Shown: positions 9,575 through 18,958 of the stretch, in pieces | Layout: each line of letters begins with the position of its first letter | How positions within the stretch are numbered: the stretch's first letter is position 1 | Virus record (IMG/VR): IMGVR_UViG_2657245570_000014 | Direction: 5' to 3' (one strand) | From: a virus | Lineage: Duplodnaviria; Heunggongvirae; Uroviricota; Caudoviricetes | DNA length: 57,188 bases | The notes under the pieces: model-generated | Databases searched by the model: none | The model's input: the letters and a program-made list of their open reading frames with translations, nothing else | Told to the model about the DNA's origin: nothing | Program-made: the position numbers and the translations under genes

Positions 9575-10455
9575 ACACTCCTCGTCAGTATTCTGGCGGC
9601 CATTGCACTTAATCCCGGAGACATGCGGTTGAATGCTGTGCCGGCGGCGTTAAGCTGCCCGGAAACGGTATCCAGAGCACCTGCAATATTTCTTTTGTCC
9701 ACACCACTCAGCGCAGACTGTGCCTGCTGTACATACGTGGCTGCTTCGCTGGCTGTTCTGGCCAGACTGATGGCATCGGGCATGGATTCAGAGAGTGCGT
9801 TAAACGCCGGAACACTTTTCCCCAGAGCCCCGGAGATATTACCCAGTCCGCTCATCAGCCCCGGCACACGGGTCAGTGCGACAACGGGGTTATCCTTCAT
9901 TTTCTGTGTCACCCGAACGGCGCTGATAGTGGTCTGGAGTACAGACTGCGCCTGTTTCGCATAGTTGACGCCGTTGCGGATGAACTGCGCCACCCCTGAA
10001 GGTGAAGGAATGGCACCGGAGACCGCCCCGACACCCGGGAGCTTCGTGCGTATTGCCGGTGGTTGCAGAGGATTTTTCGGATCACCGGTGTATTCCCGGA
10101 GAGACACGGTGGCACTGACAGCCAGCACGTTACCGGTGCTGTCTGTCTGCTCGCTGGTTGCGGTCACATCGGTAATCACGAACCAGCCACGATAGTCACC
10201 GTTGCCGAAGACCAGCGCCAGTGCCTGATGGGCTTTCATGGCTGTTCGCAGTCTCGCCAGCTCCACATCGGGTACACAATAATGCTGATGGAAAACCAGA
10301 GTTATCTGGATTTCGTCCAGCCTGTCGCCGACGAACTGCAGGCCAGGCTTACCCCCGATGCGGGCATGCTCCGCATAATCGACGCCGAACGTGGCCTCGA
10401 AGCCGTCCCAGTAGGTAATCAGCTCAAACTCAATATCACCCAGTACGGCAAACAT
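9571..10455 (-). CDS. Tail protein U-like (tail formation)
   Basis: 294 aa directly downstream of the tape measure gene. Confidence 0.65.
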   Translation of the reverse strand: MFAVLGDIEFELITYWDGFEATFGVDYAEHARIGGKPGLQFVGDRLDEIQITLVFHQHYCVPDVELARLRTAMKAHQALALVFGNGDYRGWFVITDVTATSEQTDSTGNVLAVSATVSLREYTGDPKNPLQPPAIRTKLPGVGAVSGAIPSPSGVAQFIRNGVNYAKQAQSVLQTTISAVRVTQKMKDNPVVALTRVPGLMSGLGNISGALGKSVPAFNALSESMPDAISLARTASEAATYVQQAQSALSGVDKRNIAGALDTVSGQLNAAGTAFNRMSPGLSAMAARILTRSV

Positions 10456-13400
10456 CAGCGGTACTCCTTACGTTGTTTCTGAGCCAGCAGACGCTCCAGC
10501 ATTTTTTCCAGCTCATGCAGGCTCATATTCAGGGCGCCAGTCAGTCCGGCAGGCGCTGTGGTTTCCCTGCCATTGAGGAAAAACTGAGGATTAAAGCTGA
10601 CCTGGATACCACCAGACGTTCCACCGCCGGTTGCAGCTGCACCACGGCCTGAATATCCGGCAGCCAGGATTTCAGGCGAGGGGATACGGGGAACATCCGG
10701 TGTCATCTCATTTGCCAGACGTTGCCCTGGTAAAATCGATGCCCGGGTGGAGAGCGGAATAGCGGGCATGGAAGACAAACTATTGATTACGGCTCCGATC
10801 GCATTTTTAGCAGACGACATAAACCCATTGATATCGGGCAACGGCATACTGAAGCGAACACCTGAAGTGTTATCCCGTATTTCTGGCCCCTGAATGCTCA
10901 CGGGCATTTTGGGGAGCAGTTCACTGGCCATTCGCTGCCCGGCCAGAGCTGCAAGCGGAGTGGTCCGCTGCAGGCCAATGGCGGCCCCCTGCGCGATATT
11001 GTCACCAAAGCCCATAAACACGCGGCTCGGCGAATGAATGCCCAGCTTTTCGCTGAACCAGCCACTGATGCTGTCACCCATTCCGGTTACACTGGATTTG
11101 AGCGACCCCCATTTGTTTTTGATACCGTTAATCAGACCGTCGACAAGATGGCCACCGAAGTCGGTGAACTTTGCCGGCAGATCAACACCAAGATATTTCA
11201 GCGCAGCTGCAAAGGCTTTATAGAGCAGACCTGCCGGCGACCAGTTAATCAGCAGCTTACCAGTTCCCGCGATACCGCCGTTAAAGGCTTCCTGAATGTC
11301 AGCCCAGCACTGTTTAAACCAGCTACTGATGCTGTCACCCATTCCGGTTACACTGGATTTGAGCGACCCCCATTTGTTTTTGATACCGTTAATCAGACCG
11401 TCGATAAGATGGCCACCGAAGTCGGTGAACTTTGCCGGCAGAGCAACGCCGAAATATTTCAGCGCAGCCGCAAAGGCTTTATAGAGCAGGCCTGCCGGCG
11501 ACCAGTTAATCAGCAACTTACCAGTTCCCGCGATACCGCCGTTAAAGGCTTCCTGAATGTCAGCCCAGCACTGTTTAAACCAGCTACTGATGCTGTCACC
11601 CATTCCGGTTACACTGGATTTGAGCGACCCCCATTTGTTTTTGATACCGTTAATCAGACCGTCGATAAGATGGCCACCGAAGTCGGTGAACTTTGCCGGC
11701 AGAGCAACGCCGAAATATTTCAGCGCAGCCGCAAAGGCTTTATAGAGCAGGCCTGCCGGCGACCAGTTAATCAGCAACTTACCAATTCCCACAATGCCGC
11801 CGTTAAAGGCTTCCTGAATGTCTGCCCAGCGCTGTTTAAACCAGCCACTGACTGCCCCCCAGTTGCGGTAGATAAGGTAAGCTGCTGCCGCGACAGCGGT
11901 GATAACGAGACCGATGGGATTCATCATCAGCGCACGTCCAATCCAGAGAACAGCACGTCCGGCGAGCATAATTCCGCGAACCAGCCCCCCGGAGAGCACG
12001 CCACTCAGTGTTCTGGCTCCTTTGGCGACGGCGCTAAATCCGGTCACCAGCCAGCGGAGCTTACCGCCTTGCCCCAGTGCGAGCGACAGACGAAGCCAGT
12101 TGGCCCGAAGTAAAACAGCATTTTTCCAGACACTTACAAAGGGGGAAATAAGGAGATTCAGCCCCAGTTTGAGACCAACAGTCGCTATCTTAATCGCAAG
12201 GAGCGCACTGATGAGCTTAAAAGCCCCACTGACAAATTGCGGGTGAGTCGCTACCCAGTGTTTTGCCCCCTGAATGAGTGGAAGCAGTTCCTGAGTCAGA
12301 GAAATAAAAGATGGAGCTAATTGATCGCCCAGCGTAATTGCCAGATCACGACTGCTGACCATAAGTGCTTTAGTGGCTTCAAGGGGAGATTTCAGCCGCT
12401 GATCATAAGCACTGGCAAGCAAATCGTTATCCGCAGCCCTGAGAGCACCGGCACGGATCTCTCGATATCTGTCCATGTTGGCCAGCATCGGGCGGATAAA
12501 TGCCATGACCTGCATATCCGCGAACATATCGCCCAGACCAAAGTTTTTCGCCAGAGCCTGAAGTGCCTCATCTCTTGCCGTATCATTCTTTATTTTCATG
12601 GCTGATTTGAAGCCGGCCAGCGCTTCGGGGCTTTTGGCATTGAGGTAACGTTCTATAACACTCAACATCCCTTCAATCGGAGAGATCCCCGCAGCTTTAT
12701 AACTCGCAATAGATCCCTGCAAATCAATACCCAGATCAGCAAACTGTTTCTGAGTATCGCGGGCAAAAATTTTGGTAAGAAAGTTTTTAAAATTATTGGC
12801 TGCTTCGTCGGTGGAACCTGCACCGATTTTTGCTATCTGGAGACTGGCCCCGATTTCAGCAACAGCCTCTTTTCCACTGGCAATACCCGCCATCATTGGG
12901 GCCAGGGACTGCATCCACTTGACCTGATCCGGGATTTCAAATGACCCCTGGTCACCGGCATAAGCCATAATATTCTGAACGGCACCAAAATCTCTGGCCG
13001 CACCTTTCAGGGAGTTTTGCCAGACTGCGGCCACTTTTGCCCAGTCCTGAGCAGACGTGCGTGTTGCCGTTGCCGCGCGGGCAATATCCGGCATCAGAAA
13101 ACCGATATCTGACACATTATCAATATTGTCGCTGATGAGTGAACCCACCGCCTCCTGCAGCTCATCCTGATACTGATTGTATTTAAGCGCCCAGCCTTTT
13201 ATCTGTCCGGCAAGTGCATCCCGCGTTTTATTGTCATATTTTGCGGTGATCGACATATCAATCATTTTGTCCTGAAAAGACATGGACTGCTGAACGGCAG
13301 GGGAAACCGTATGATAAACAGTCTGTGCCATGCCATACGCTTCAATCCCCTGACCATACAGCGCCATGCGGTTAGCTTTCAGCGCATCACTGGTAGCGGA

Positions 13401-13667
13401 TGCCGCTGACAGACGGCGCTGCTGGCGCTCAATTTGCTCCATGGTGCGGCTTACCCGCAGCAGCTCGCTGTTGAGATGCTGCATCCGGGAAGAACCCAGT
13501 TGACCATAACGTTCTGTTGCACGGGTTAAAGCGTTCTGACGTTCCTGCAGGCGGCGTGAGGTATCGCTCAGGGAATCAAGCGCACGGCGGGTACCGCTCA
13601 TTGCAGAACGGAATGTGCTACCAATCATCCCGCCGATAACAACGCCGACTGAAAACTGTCCCGACAT
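10455..13667 (-). CDS. Tail tape measure protein
   Basis: 1070 aa, coiled-coil N-terminus, hydrophobic central region, three 87-aa tandem repeats; lies after the chaperone pair. Confidence 0.9.
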   Translation of the reverse strand: MSGQFSVGVVIGGMIGSTFRSAMSGTRRALDSLSDTSRRLQERQNALTRATERYGQLGSSRMQHLNSELLRVSRTMEQIERQQRRLSAASATSDALKANRMALYGQGIEAYGMAQTVYHTVSPAVQQSMSFQDKMIDMSITAKYDNKTRDALAGQIKGWALKYNQYQDELQEAVGSLISDNIDNVSDIGFLMPDIARAATATRTSAQDWAKVAAVWQNSLKGAARDFGAVQNIMAYAGDQGSFEIPDQVKWMQSLAPMMAGIASGKEAVAEIGASLQIAKIGAGSTDEAANNFKNFLTKIFARDTQKQFADLGIDLQGSIASYKAAGISPIEGMLSVIERYLNAKSPEALAGFKSAMKIKNDTARDEALQALAKNFGLGDMFADMQVMAFIRPMLANMDRYREIRAGALRAADNDLLASAYDQRLKSPLEATKALMVSSRDLAITLGDQLAPSFISLTQELLPLIQGAKHWVATHPQFVSGAFKLISALLAIKIATVGLKLGLNLLISPFVSVWKNAVLLRANWLRLSLALGQGGKLRWLVTGFSAVAKGARTLSGVLSGGLVRGIMLAGRAVLWIGRALMMNPIGLVITAVAAAAYLIYRNWGAVSGWFKQRWADIQEAFNGGIVGIGKLLINWSPAGLLYKAFAAALKYFGVALPAKFTDFGGHLIDGLINGIKNKWGSLKSSVTGMGDSISSWFKQCWADIQEAFNGGIAGTGKLLINWSPAGLLYKAFAAALKYFGVALPAKFTDFGGHLIDGLINGIKNKWGSLKSSVTGMGDSISSWFKQCWADIQEAFNGGIAGTGKLLINWSPAGLLYKAFAAALKYLGVDLPAKFTDFGGHLVDGLINGIKNKWGSLKSSVTGMGDSISGWFSEKLGIHSPSRVFMGFGDNIAQGAAIGLQRTTPLAALAGQRMASELLPKMPVSIQGPEIRDNTSGVRFSMPLPDINGFMSSAKNAIGAVINSLSSMPAIPLSTRASILPGQRLANEMTPDVPRIPSPEILAAGYSGRGAAATGGGTSGGIQVSFNPQFFLNGRETTAPAGLTGALNMSLHELEKMLERLLAQKQRKEYR
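11030..11830. repeat. Tandem coding repeats in the tape measure gene (261-bp period, 3 copies)
   Basis: Protein repeat SWFKQ.WADIQEAFNGGI.G.GKLLINWSPAGLLYKAFAAALKY...; antisense ORFs 11296.. and 11557.. are identical. Confidence 0.85.
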
Positions 13668-13742
13668 AGTGGTTAACCTCCGGGGAAGGTGAAAAGACGT
13701 GAGGGGATAACGCAGAACAGCCGCTACTGGCGGCTGTCTGTA

Positions 13743-14000
13743 CTATGATTTGTCGCCGTACTCGCTTTTTATTTGCTCTTCAGCCTGCTCCAGCCACATC
13801 TCCAGATCGTCAGTATCGAGGGCATCAATCTCCCCCGGCTGAAACCGGAACCATCTCGCCAGCAGCCCCTGCGCCTGCGTCAGCGCCCTGGTTGCTCTCA
13901 CCCATCCCCGTGATGAGCTGAAATCGTTTCTGTAACTGCAGGTAATCAGCCAGATCCATATTGTCGAGATCTTCCGGGAGAAGACCAGTACTGCGGGCAA
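13743..14000 (-). CDS. Overlapping second-frame ORF, probable frameshift extension of the tail chaperone (E-prime/GT-like)
   Basis: 85-aa ORF in another frame overlapping the 3-prime half of the chaperone gene and ending before the tape measure start; conserved arrangement in P2 and lambda. Confidence 0.5.
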   Translation of the reverse strand: MPAVLVFSRKISTIWIWLITCSYRNDFSSSRGWVRATRALTQAQGLLARWFRFQPGEIDALDTDDLEMWLEQAEEQIKSEYGDKS

Positions 14001-14160
14001 TCAGCGGTTCGTCCCAGTCTGCCGGGTTTTTGCTGATTTTGCGCACCTGCTTCAGGTCTTTTACCGTCAGGCGTTTCAGTTCAACCAGCTCAATTCTGGT
14101 GCCTGCAGCAGTGGTGAAGGGATAAGACAATTTAAAAGTATCGGATGGGGTCTGTGACAT
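13825..14160 (-). CDS. Tail assembly chaperone (E/G-like)
   Basis: 111 aa immediately upstream of the tape measure gene. Confidence 0.7.
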   Translation of the reverse strand: MSQTPSDTFKLSYPFTTAAGTRIELVELKRLTVKDLKQVRKISKNPADWDEPLIARSTGLLPEDLDNMDLADYLQLQKRFQLITGMGESNQGADAGAGAAGEMVPVSAGGD

Positions 14161-14257
14161 GATTGTGCTCCTGTGTAAGTTCAGGGCAGTATGTCGGGAG
14201 AAGCGCGTGACGGATATTAAAGGAGATTAAGAAGAAGGGGCCGGAGCCCCTGTGATG

Positions 14258-14539
14258 TCAGCAAGTGCGAAACCCCTTGCAGTTACGCAGGAAAGCGATG
14301 AGAAGCGTCTTTCCCTCAGATTTGCCGATGCCGGAGAACCAGTGGTCGGGAGGCTCCCATGCTTCAATCAAATCCGCCAGTTTGCGGGCCTTTGAACGTG
14401 TGCAGTCAATCGGGTCATTGGTTTTACGGGTATTAAAAAGGGTTTCCACCCCCGGAATATCAAGGAGGGTAAACCACGTACCATTTGACATGCCCAGTGC
14501 CGCACATCGTCCTCCTTTATCCGTCAGTTCAACACTCAC
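14258..14539 (-). CDS. Hypothetical protein between tail tube and chaperone
   Basis: 93-aa ORF with GTG start 2 nt after the tube stop; no recognised family. Confidence 0.4.
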   Translation of the reverse strand: MSVELTDKGGRCAALGMSNGTWFTLLDIPGVETLFNTRKTNDPIDCTRSKARKLADLIEAWEPPDHWFSGIGKSEGKTLLIAFLRNCKGFRTC

Positions 14540-14541
14540 CG

Positions 14542-15063
14542 TCAGCCCCCGATATTGATACGGTAGTCAGTCAGTTGATCAACACCGCCGACCCGGAAGA
14601 TGTTGGCCAGATAGTCCAGTTGCAGCAGCTCTTCACCATCCAGTACCTGTCTGATATACGTGCAGGTGAAGCTACTGGAGAACTCGGCGTTCTCGTGCTG
14701 TTTGAACGTCCCCAGCGGGTTCTTCTTGAACATAATCGTCAGGAAGGTGACCAGCGGGATTTCGTCAATCAGCCCCTGCGAGCTGTAGCGCTGGACGCTG
14801 GAACGACACTGCAGTGCCAGCGACCTGTACGGGTTCGCGGCAGACAGCATCGCATCGCGGTAAAAGCTGTTCCATTTGATTTCGCCTTCCAGTTTGTCAA
14901 AACCAGCCGGGAGTTCCACCTTACCCACCATCCCCAGCGCCTTGTGTTCCTGCATAATCATGGAGACATCGGGGAGTTTAACTTCCTCAGCCCGTCCCAG
15001 CAGGTTAGTACCATCCAGATAGATGTTGGCATTCGTGATGCGGTTTATCTCAATCTTTGACAT
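14542..15063 (-). CDS. Tail tube protein
   Basis: 173 aa directly downstream of the sheath gene. Confidence 0.8.
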   Translation of the reverse strand: MSKIEINRITNANIYLDGTNLLGRAEEVKLPDVSMIMQEHKALGMVGKVELPAGFDKLEGEIKWNSFYRDAMLSAANPYRSLALQCRSSVQRYSSQGLIDEIPLVTFLTIMFKKNPLGTFKQHENAEFSSSFTCTYIRQVLDGEELLQLDYLANIFRVGGVDQLTDYRINIGG

Positions 15064-16490
15064 CAGTTGCCCCCTTTCAGGGTTAACAGGTATTCCGAGG
15101 TGATCTCAGTCTCAAACGTCAGTCGCTCCAGCGGCGGTGGTGGCGTATATTTGTAGCTCAGCAACAGGTGCCCGGCGGCCAGCTCCGTCTCCGGATTGCG
15201 GGCCGGATCAAACCAGCAACGGAAGCCCAGTACCGCACCATCACCAGTCATTTTGCGACCGTAGGCGTTGACCGACTCCGTCAGTGCATCAATCAGCGCC
15301 TGAGTAATCGGCATGTCGATGTACTGCTGGCTGAAATAACGAATGGACTCGTTGATCACATCACCGGTGCGGCGAACGTTCTCAAAGTTACGCATATGGG
15401 TGACCGTTGGCCATGCTGCCGTCCGGTTACCCCACAGACGAAGGCCGCTGCCGTAACTGCTGAATACCGTGGTGATCCCCTGTTCGTTAAGCAGGTTCAC
15501 CTCACTCTGCGGGTCATCAATCATCGCGGACAGCTGGCGCTCCACGCCGGTGATCCCCAGAATCTCCTGATTGGAGGATGACCACCAGTAGCCCTTGTCC
15601 AGATCGACTCTGGCACGCAGACCTGCTGCACGCTGGCTGAGCGGCTCCAGACGCTCTGTGTTTGTCACCGGGTCATATACCTTCACATGCGGATAGCACA
15701 GACGGACGCGGTCGGAGCTGGTATTGAAGTTGATGGTGCCTTCCGGGCCACGACCTGCCAGAGCCTGTGCAAAGGTGGTACCGACAGGCGCATCAATGTA
15801 GGTTACCGCGCCCAGCTTCTCTGCCATGGCGATAAGCTCAACTGCGACACTCTTCTGGGTGCAGAACACCGGCGCAATCAGAATTTTGGCGAAATAGCCG
15901 TACAGGTTGAAGCTGTCGTTAAGCAGCTTCATGCCAGTTCGGTTTCCGGCGCTATTCACCCCGCCGATGATGTCCGCCGCAGTCACCTTCGACGGGTCCG
16001 CGTACTCATAGCTCACCTTCACGCTGCCACCGGCCTCAATAGCCTTGCCCAGGTTCGTGAGCACACCCGCCTGCGCATCAACACGGTAGTCCGTGTTCGC
16101 CGTGTGGGTGGTGCTGCCTTCACTGTTTTTCACCACCACATTAGCGACAACCGGATGCGCCAGTCTGGCCTGCCCTGTCGATTTGTCAAAGGTAACCACC
16201 TCATCCTCGATCGCCGTTTTATGTTTCGCCGGGTCGAGGACGTTAATGACCAGAACGGTACCTGCACCATGGTCATAAATCGCATCCAGCGCCTGCGGAA
16301 TGGTAAAGCCGGTGAACTGGCTGCCAAATGCCGCTGCGTCTTTCTCAGACAGGCACTGTACCAGCGTATTGACATCCCCCATCGGGGCGGTACCAATCAG
16401 GCCAATAACGGCAGATTTCACCGTTTTAACCGGGCGGGCTCCGTTTTCCACCTCAATGGTTTCGGGACCATGCAGATAGTTAGCTGCCAT
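15063..16490 (-). CDS. Contractile tail sheath protein
   Basis: 475 aa; sheath-tube order. Confidence 0.85.
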   Translation of the reverse strand: MAANYLHGPETIEVENGARPVKTVKSAVIGLIGTAPMGDVNTLVQCLSEKDAAAFGSQFTGFTIPQALDAIYDHGAGTVLVINVLDPAKHKTAIEDEVVTFDKSTGQARLAHPVVANVVVKNSEGSTTHTANTDYRVDAQAGVLTNLGKAIEAGGSVKVSYEYADPSKVTAADIIGGVNSAGNRTGMKLLNDSFNLYGYFAKILIAPVFCTQKSVAVELIAMAEKLGAVTYIDAPVGTTFAQALAGRGPEGTINFNTSSDRVRLCYPHVKVYDPVTNTERLEPLSQRAAGLRARVDLDKGYWWSSSNQEILGITGVERQLSAMIDDPQSEVNLLNEQGITTVFSSYGSGLRLWGNRTAAWPTVTHMRNFENVRRTGDVINESIRYFSQQYIDMPITQALIDALTESVNAYGRKMTGDGAVLGFRCWFDPARNPETELAAGHLLLSYKYTPPPPLERLTFETEITSEYLLTLKGGN

Positions 16491-16734
16491 GGGTGTCCTC
16501 CGTTTTCACTTCGCTGTCACTGCTGCTTCTGCGCTTTGGTGACTGCACAGCCGGTGTGCCGGCGGGTTTAGTCTCTTCAGGTACCGGCGTCAGATGTTTC
16601 AGCGCCACCAGTACCTTCACGTAGTCATGCTCCTCCGGCAGGGAAACCGTCTTCCCCGGCCAGAGCAGGATTTCGGTTCCGTCCGACAGCGTGACGCCGC
16701 TGGCCGGGCCGGAATAGCGGTATTCTTTCATCAC
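16480..16734 (-). CDS. Small conserved protein upstream of sheath
   Basis: 84 aa; position as in Mu-like tail modules. Confidence 0.5.
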   Translation of the reverse strand: MMKEYRYSGPASGVTLSDGTEILLWPGKTVSLPEEHDYVKVLVALKHLTPVPEETKPAGTPAVQSPKRRSSSDSEVKTEDTHGS

Positions 16735-17195
16735 TCGCTTTCCTCATAGTTCACTTCGGTTAACAGCGGGCCGGACGGTAAATCGCTGTCTTCGATAAAG
16801 ACGCTTTCAGTCGCGAAGTCGAGGGCGTACTGCCACAGCCCCCTGACTTCACCGATAAACACCTCGCGGGTCAGCCAGATACGGCGGCGGCAGCCGGGCG
16901 GGGTGTGGCCACCGAGAATGCGGCGGACAGCATCCAGGACATTAATCGCCCCTTTTTTACCGTTGAGCTGGCGGAAGACCACCGTGACGCAGAGCTGGAT
17001 AGTCTGAGACTGGATCACCGCACCGGTATCATCCGGCCTGTCAAAGCGCGAACCGGCATAGCTCAACAGCAACGCGCCAACCGGATGGTTCAGGCGATAT
17101 TCAGCCGGTTTCTCCGGGAAGTACTCCACCTGCAGTTGCGGCAGCTTCTCGCGTAACCGGGCCAGTACCGCATCAAGGACGGGCAGAACGTTCAT
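16731..17195 (-). CDS. Neck / tail completion protein (Mu gp37-like by position)
   Basis: 154 aa; overlapping stop/start with neighbours. Confidence 0.55.
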   Translation of the reverse strand: MNVLPVLDAVLARLREKLPQLQVEYFPEKPAEYRLNHPVGALLLSYAGSRFDRPDDTGAVIQSQTIQLCVTVVFRQLNGKKGAINVLDAVRRILGGHTPPGCRRRIWLTREVFIGEVRGLWQYALDFATESVFIEDSDLPSGPLLTEVNYEESE

Positions 17196-17641
17196 CAGTA
17201 TTTCTCCAGTAAACCGTCACGACCGCCGAAAGTGGCCGGGCGACTGCGTACACGAAACTCGCCAGGCTCAGGCACATCTTTCTGAGTGGACGGCAGCCCC
17301 AGCGTGAGCCTGTTATCACGTAACTCCCTGAGTTGCCGCAGCGCTTCTTTGTGGTCATCCTTCACCGTATCCGGGAGGTCACCTTCCGGGCGGCGGGCGT
17401 AGAGCCGGTAACGGACCAGCGTGATGGCAATGTCCCGCAGAACAGTCGGTATCTCTGCCAGTGGCAGGATATAGCGTCCGCGCAGATGGGCATCAATCAG
17501 CTCGTCGGCATAGCGGATACAGCTGTCCACCACACGGGTATTCACTGTTGCAGGCGAGTCGAAGTCCATCTCTTCACTGGTGAGCTCGATAAGCGTCCGC
17601 TCCGGCACCTGCGCAAGCAAATCCTCCAGGGTGCAGTACAT
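17195..17641 (-). CDS. Head-tail connector protein (Mu gp36-like by position)
   Basis: Start taken at internal Met overlapping the upstream stop (ORF extends to 17803). Confidence 0.55.
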   Translation of the reverse strand: MYCTLEDLLAQVPERTLIELTSEEMDFDSPATVNTRVVDSCIRYADELIDAHLRGRYILPLAEIPTVLRDIAITLVRYRLYARRPEGDLPDTVKDDHKEALRQLRELRDNRLTLGLPSTQKDVPEPGEFRVRSRPATFGGRDGLLEKY

Positions 17642-17642
17642 G

Positions 17643-17981
17643 TCACACCCCGCGCAGGATACGAATGACGTCGCCTTCACCCCCGGCTTCATCAAGTGCA
17701 ATACCACAGGATTTACCGTCGCCGGACTGCGGCACGGCTCTGGCCTGAGCATCTGACTGAACAGCCACACCACGGCTGACAGCGGCCCCGGCCTCGACAG
17801 CAATAATGCCCAGAACGCTCACCGGCGTGCTGTCGCCGGTAACAGCATCCACTTCGGCAACCCCGAGCGCTGCGGCACCGGCTTTACAGGGGGTATTATC
17901 TGCCCCGACAAAACGCTGCTGTGCCAGTGCTGCCCCTGCCGTTACGGTTGTGATCAGAATGACCTGCTGAGTGGTTCCCAT
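17643..17981 (-). CDS. Small Ala/Gly/Val-rich head protein (possible decoration protein)
   Basis: 112 aa immediately downstream of the major capsid gene. Confidence 0.5.
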   Translation of the reverse strand: MGTTQQVILITTVTAGAALAQQRFVGADNTPCKAGAAALGVAEVDAVTGDSTPVSVLGIIAVEAGAAVSRGVAVQSDAQARAVPQSGDGKSCGIALDEAGGEGDVIRILRGV

Positions 17982-17990
17982 AACGCCTCC

Positions 17991-18944
17991 TTATTTACTG
18001 ATACCGGTAATGAGATACCCGGCATCGCCACCAACCACGGCGACTTTGTAGATATCGGTATAACGGCAGTACTTCACCTTGCCACCGGCTCCGTCGTATT
18101 TGTCGGCAACAGGCATCCCCTTACGACGCAGGGTGTAGCCGAAGGACGGCTCGTTCTCGTCCGCGCTGTCCGCCCCCGGCTGCGGTTTGCCGACATAGTG
18201 CAGCATCAGATTGTCTCCCCAGATATCCGCCGGCACGCTGTTCTTATCCATTGCCGCTTTCATGGACGGCAGGGAGACCGGGGCACCGATGACGATCTCT
18301 TCGATCTGAAAGAGGTCCTGCAGGATTTCTGTGGTGATGCGCTTGCGTTCGTTGGCTCCGATAGCGGCCTGAATCGCCGGGTGGAACTTCAGCAGCGCCA
18401 TCACGCCGGCCCCCATGGTCATCAGGTTAGGACGCAGCCCCGTGGCCGTACGGACCGCTTCCATACCGGCTTCAATCACCCCGATGGGGTCCCCCTTACC
18501 ACCGGCCCAGCGATCACTGGCTGTCAGTTTTTTGACGTGCCCGGTACGGTAGACCTTTTCATCCTGAGCCAGACGGGCAGCGATAAGTTCACGGCGCAGG
18601 TTCACGCCATTCGTGGCGCGACGGATGGCCTTGCTCTCTTCGTTAAACATGGACTCCGCCTGCTCGCGATAGTCCACCGGCGCAGCCAGATCGTGTTCAC
18701 CCAGCACCAGGTCCAGCGTGCCTGTTTTTTCACGGACCAGAACATTGCTGTCCGCCCCGACGGCACGCTCGGTGTCATATTCCACAAAGGCGGTTTTCCC
18801 GAAGGTCGGTACACGCACGCCTTCCTTGTCCGTCAGCACGACGGGGAAAATACGTTCGCCGATGAATGCGGCATTTTTATAGCCACGGGCGATACTGGTC
18901 AGTACCGGATCAACGACACGTTTACCTTTTAAGTAATCAGACAT
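17991..18944 (-). CDS. Major capsid protein (Mu T-like)
   Basis: 317 aa downstream of the protease/scaffold gene. Confidence 0.85.
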   Translation of the reverse strand: MSDYLKGKRVVDPVLTSIARGYKNAAFIGERIFPVVLTDKEGVRVPTFGKTAFVEYDTERAVGADSNVLVREKTGTLDLVLGEHDLAAPVDYREQAESMFNEESKAIRRATNGVNLRRELIAARLAQDEKVYRTGHVKKLTASDRWAGGKGDPIGVIEAGMEAVRTATGLRPNLMTMGAGVMALLKFHPAIQAAIGANERKRITTEILQDLFQIEEIVIGAPVSLPSMKAAMDKNSVPADIWGDNLMLHYVGKPQPGADSADENEPSFGYTLRRKGMPVADKYDGAGGKVKYCRYTDIYKVAVVGGDAGYLITGISK

Positions 18945-18958
18945 GCTCTCTCCTTAAA

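Noticed and set aside
11034-12113. 359-aa plus-strand ORF and three 62-aa ORFs
   Set aside because: Antisense to the tape measure gene and generated by its 261-bp tandem repeat.
15687-16571. 294-aa plus-strand ORF
   Set aside because: Antisense to the tail sheath gene; Arg/His-rich composition typical of GC-rich antisense frames.
18198-18932. 244-aa plus-strand ORF
   Set aside because: Antisense to the major capsid gene, which has a coherent protein-like translation.
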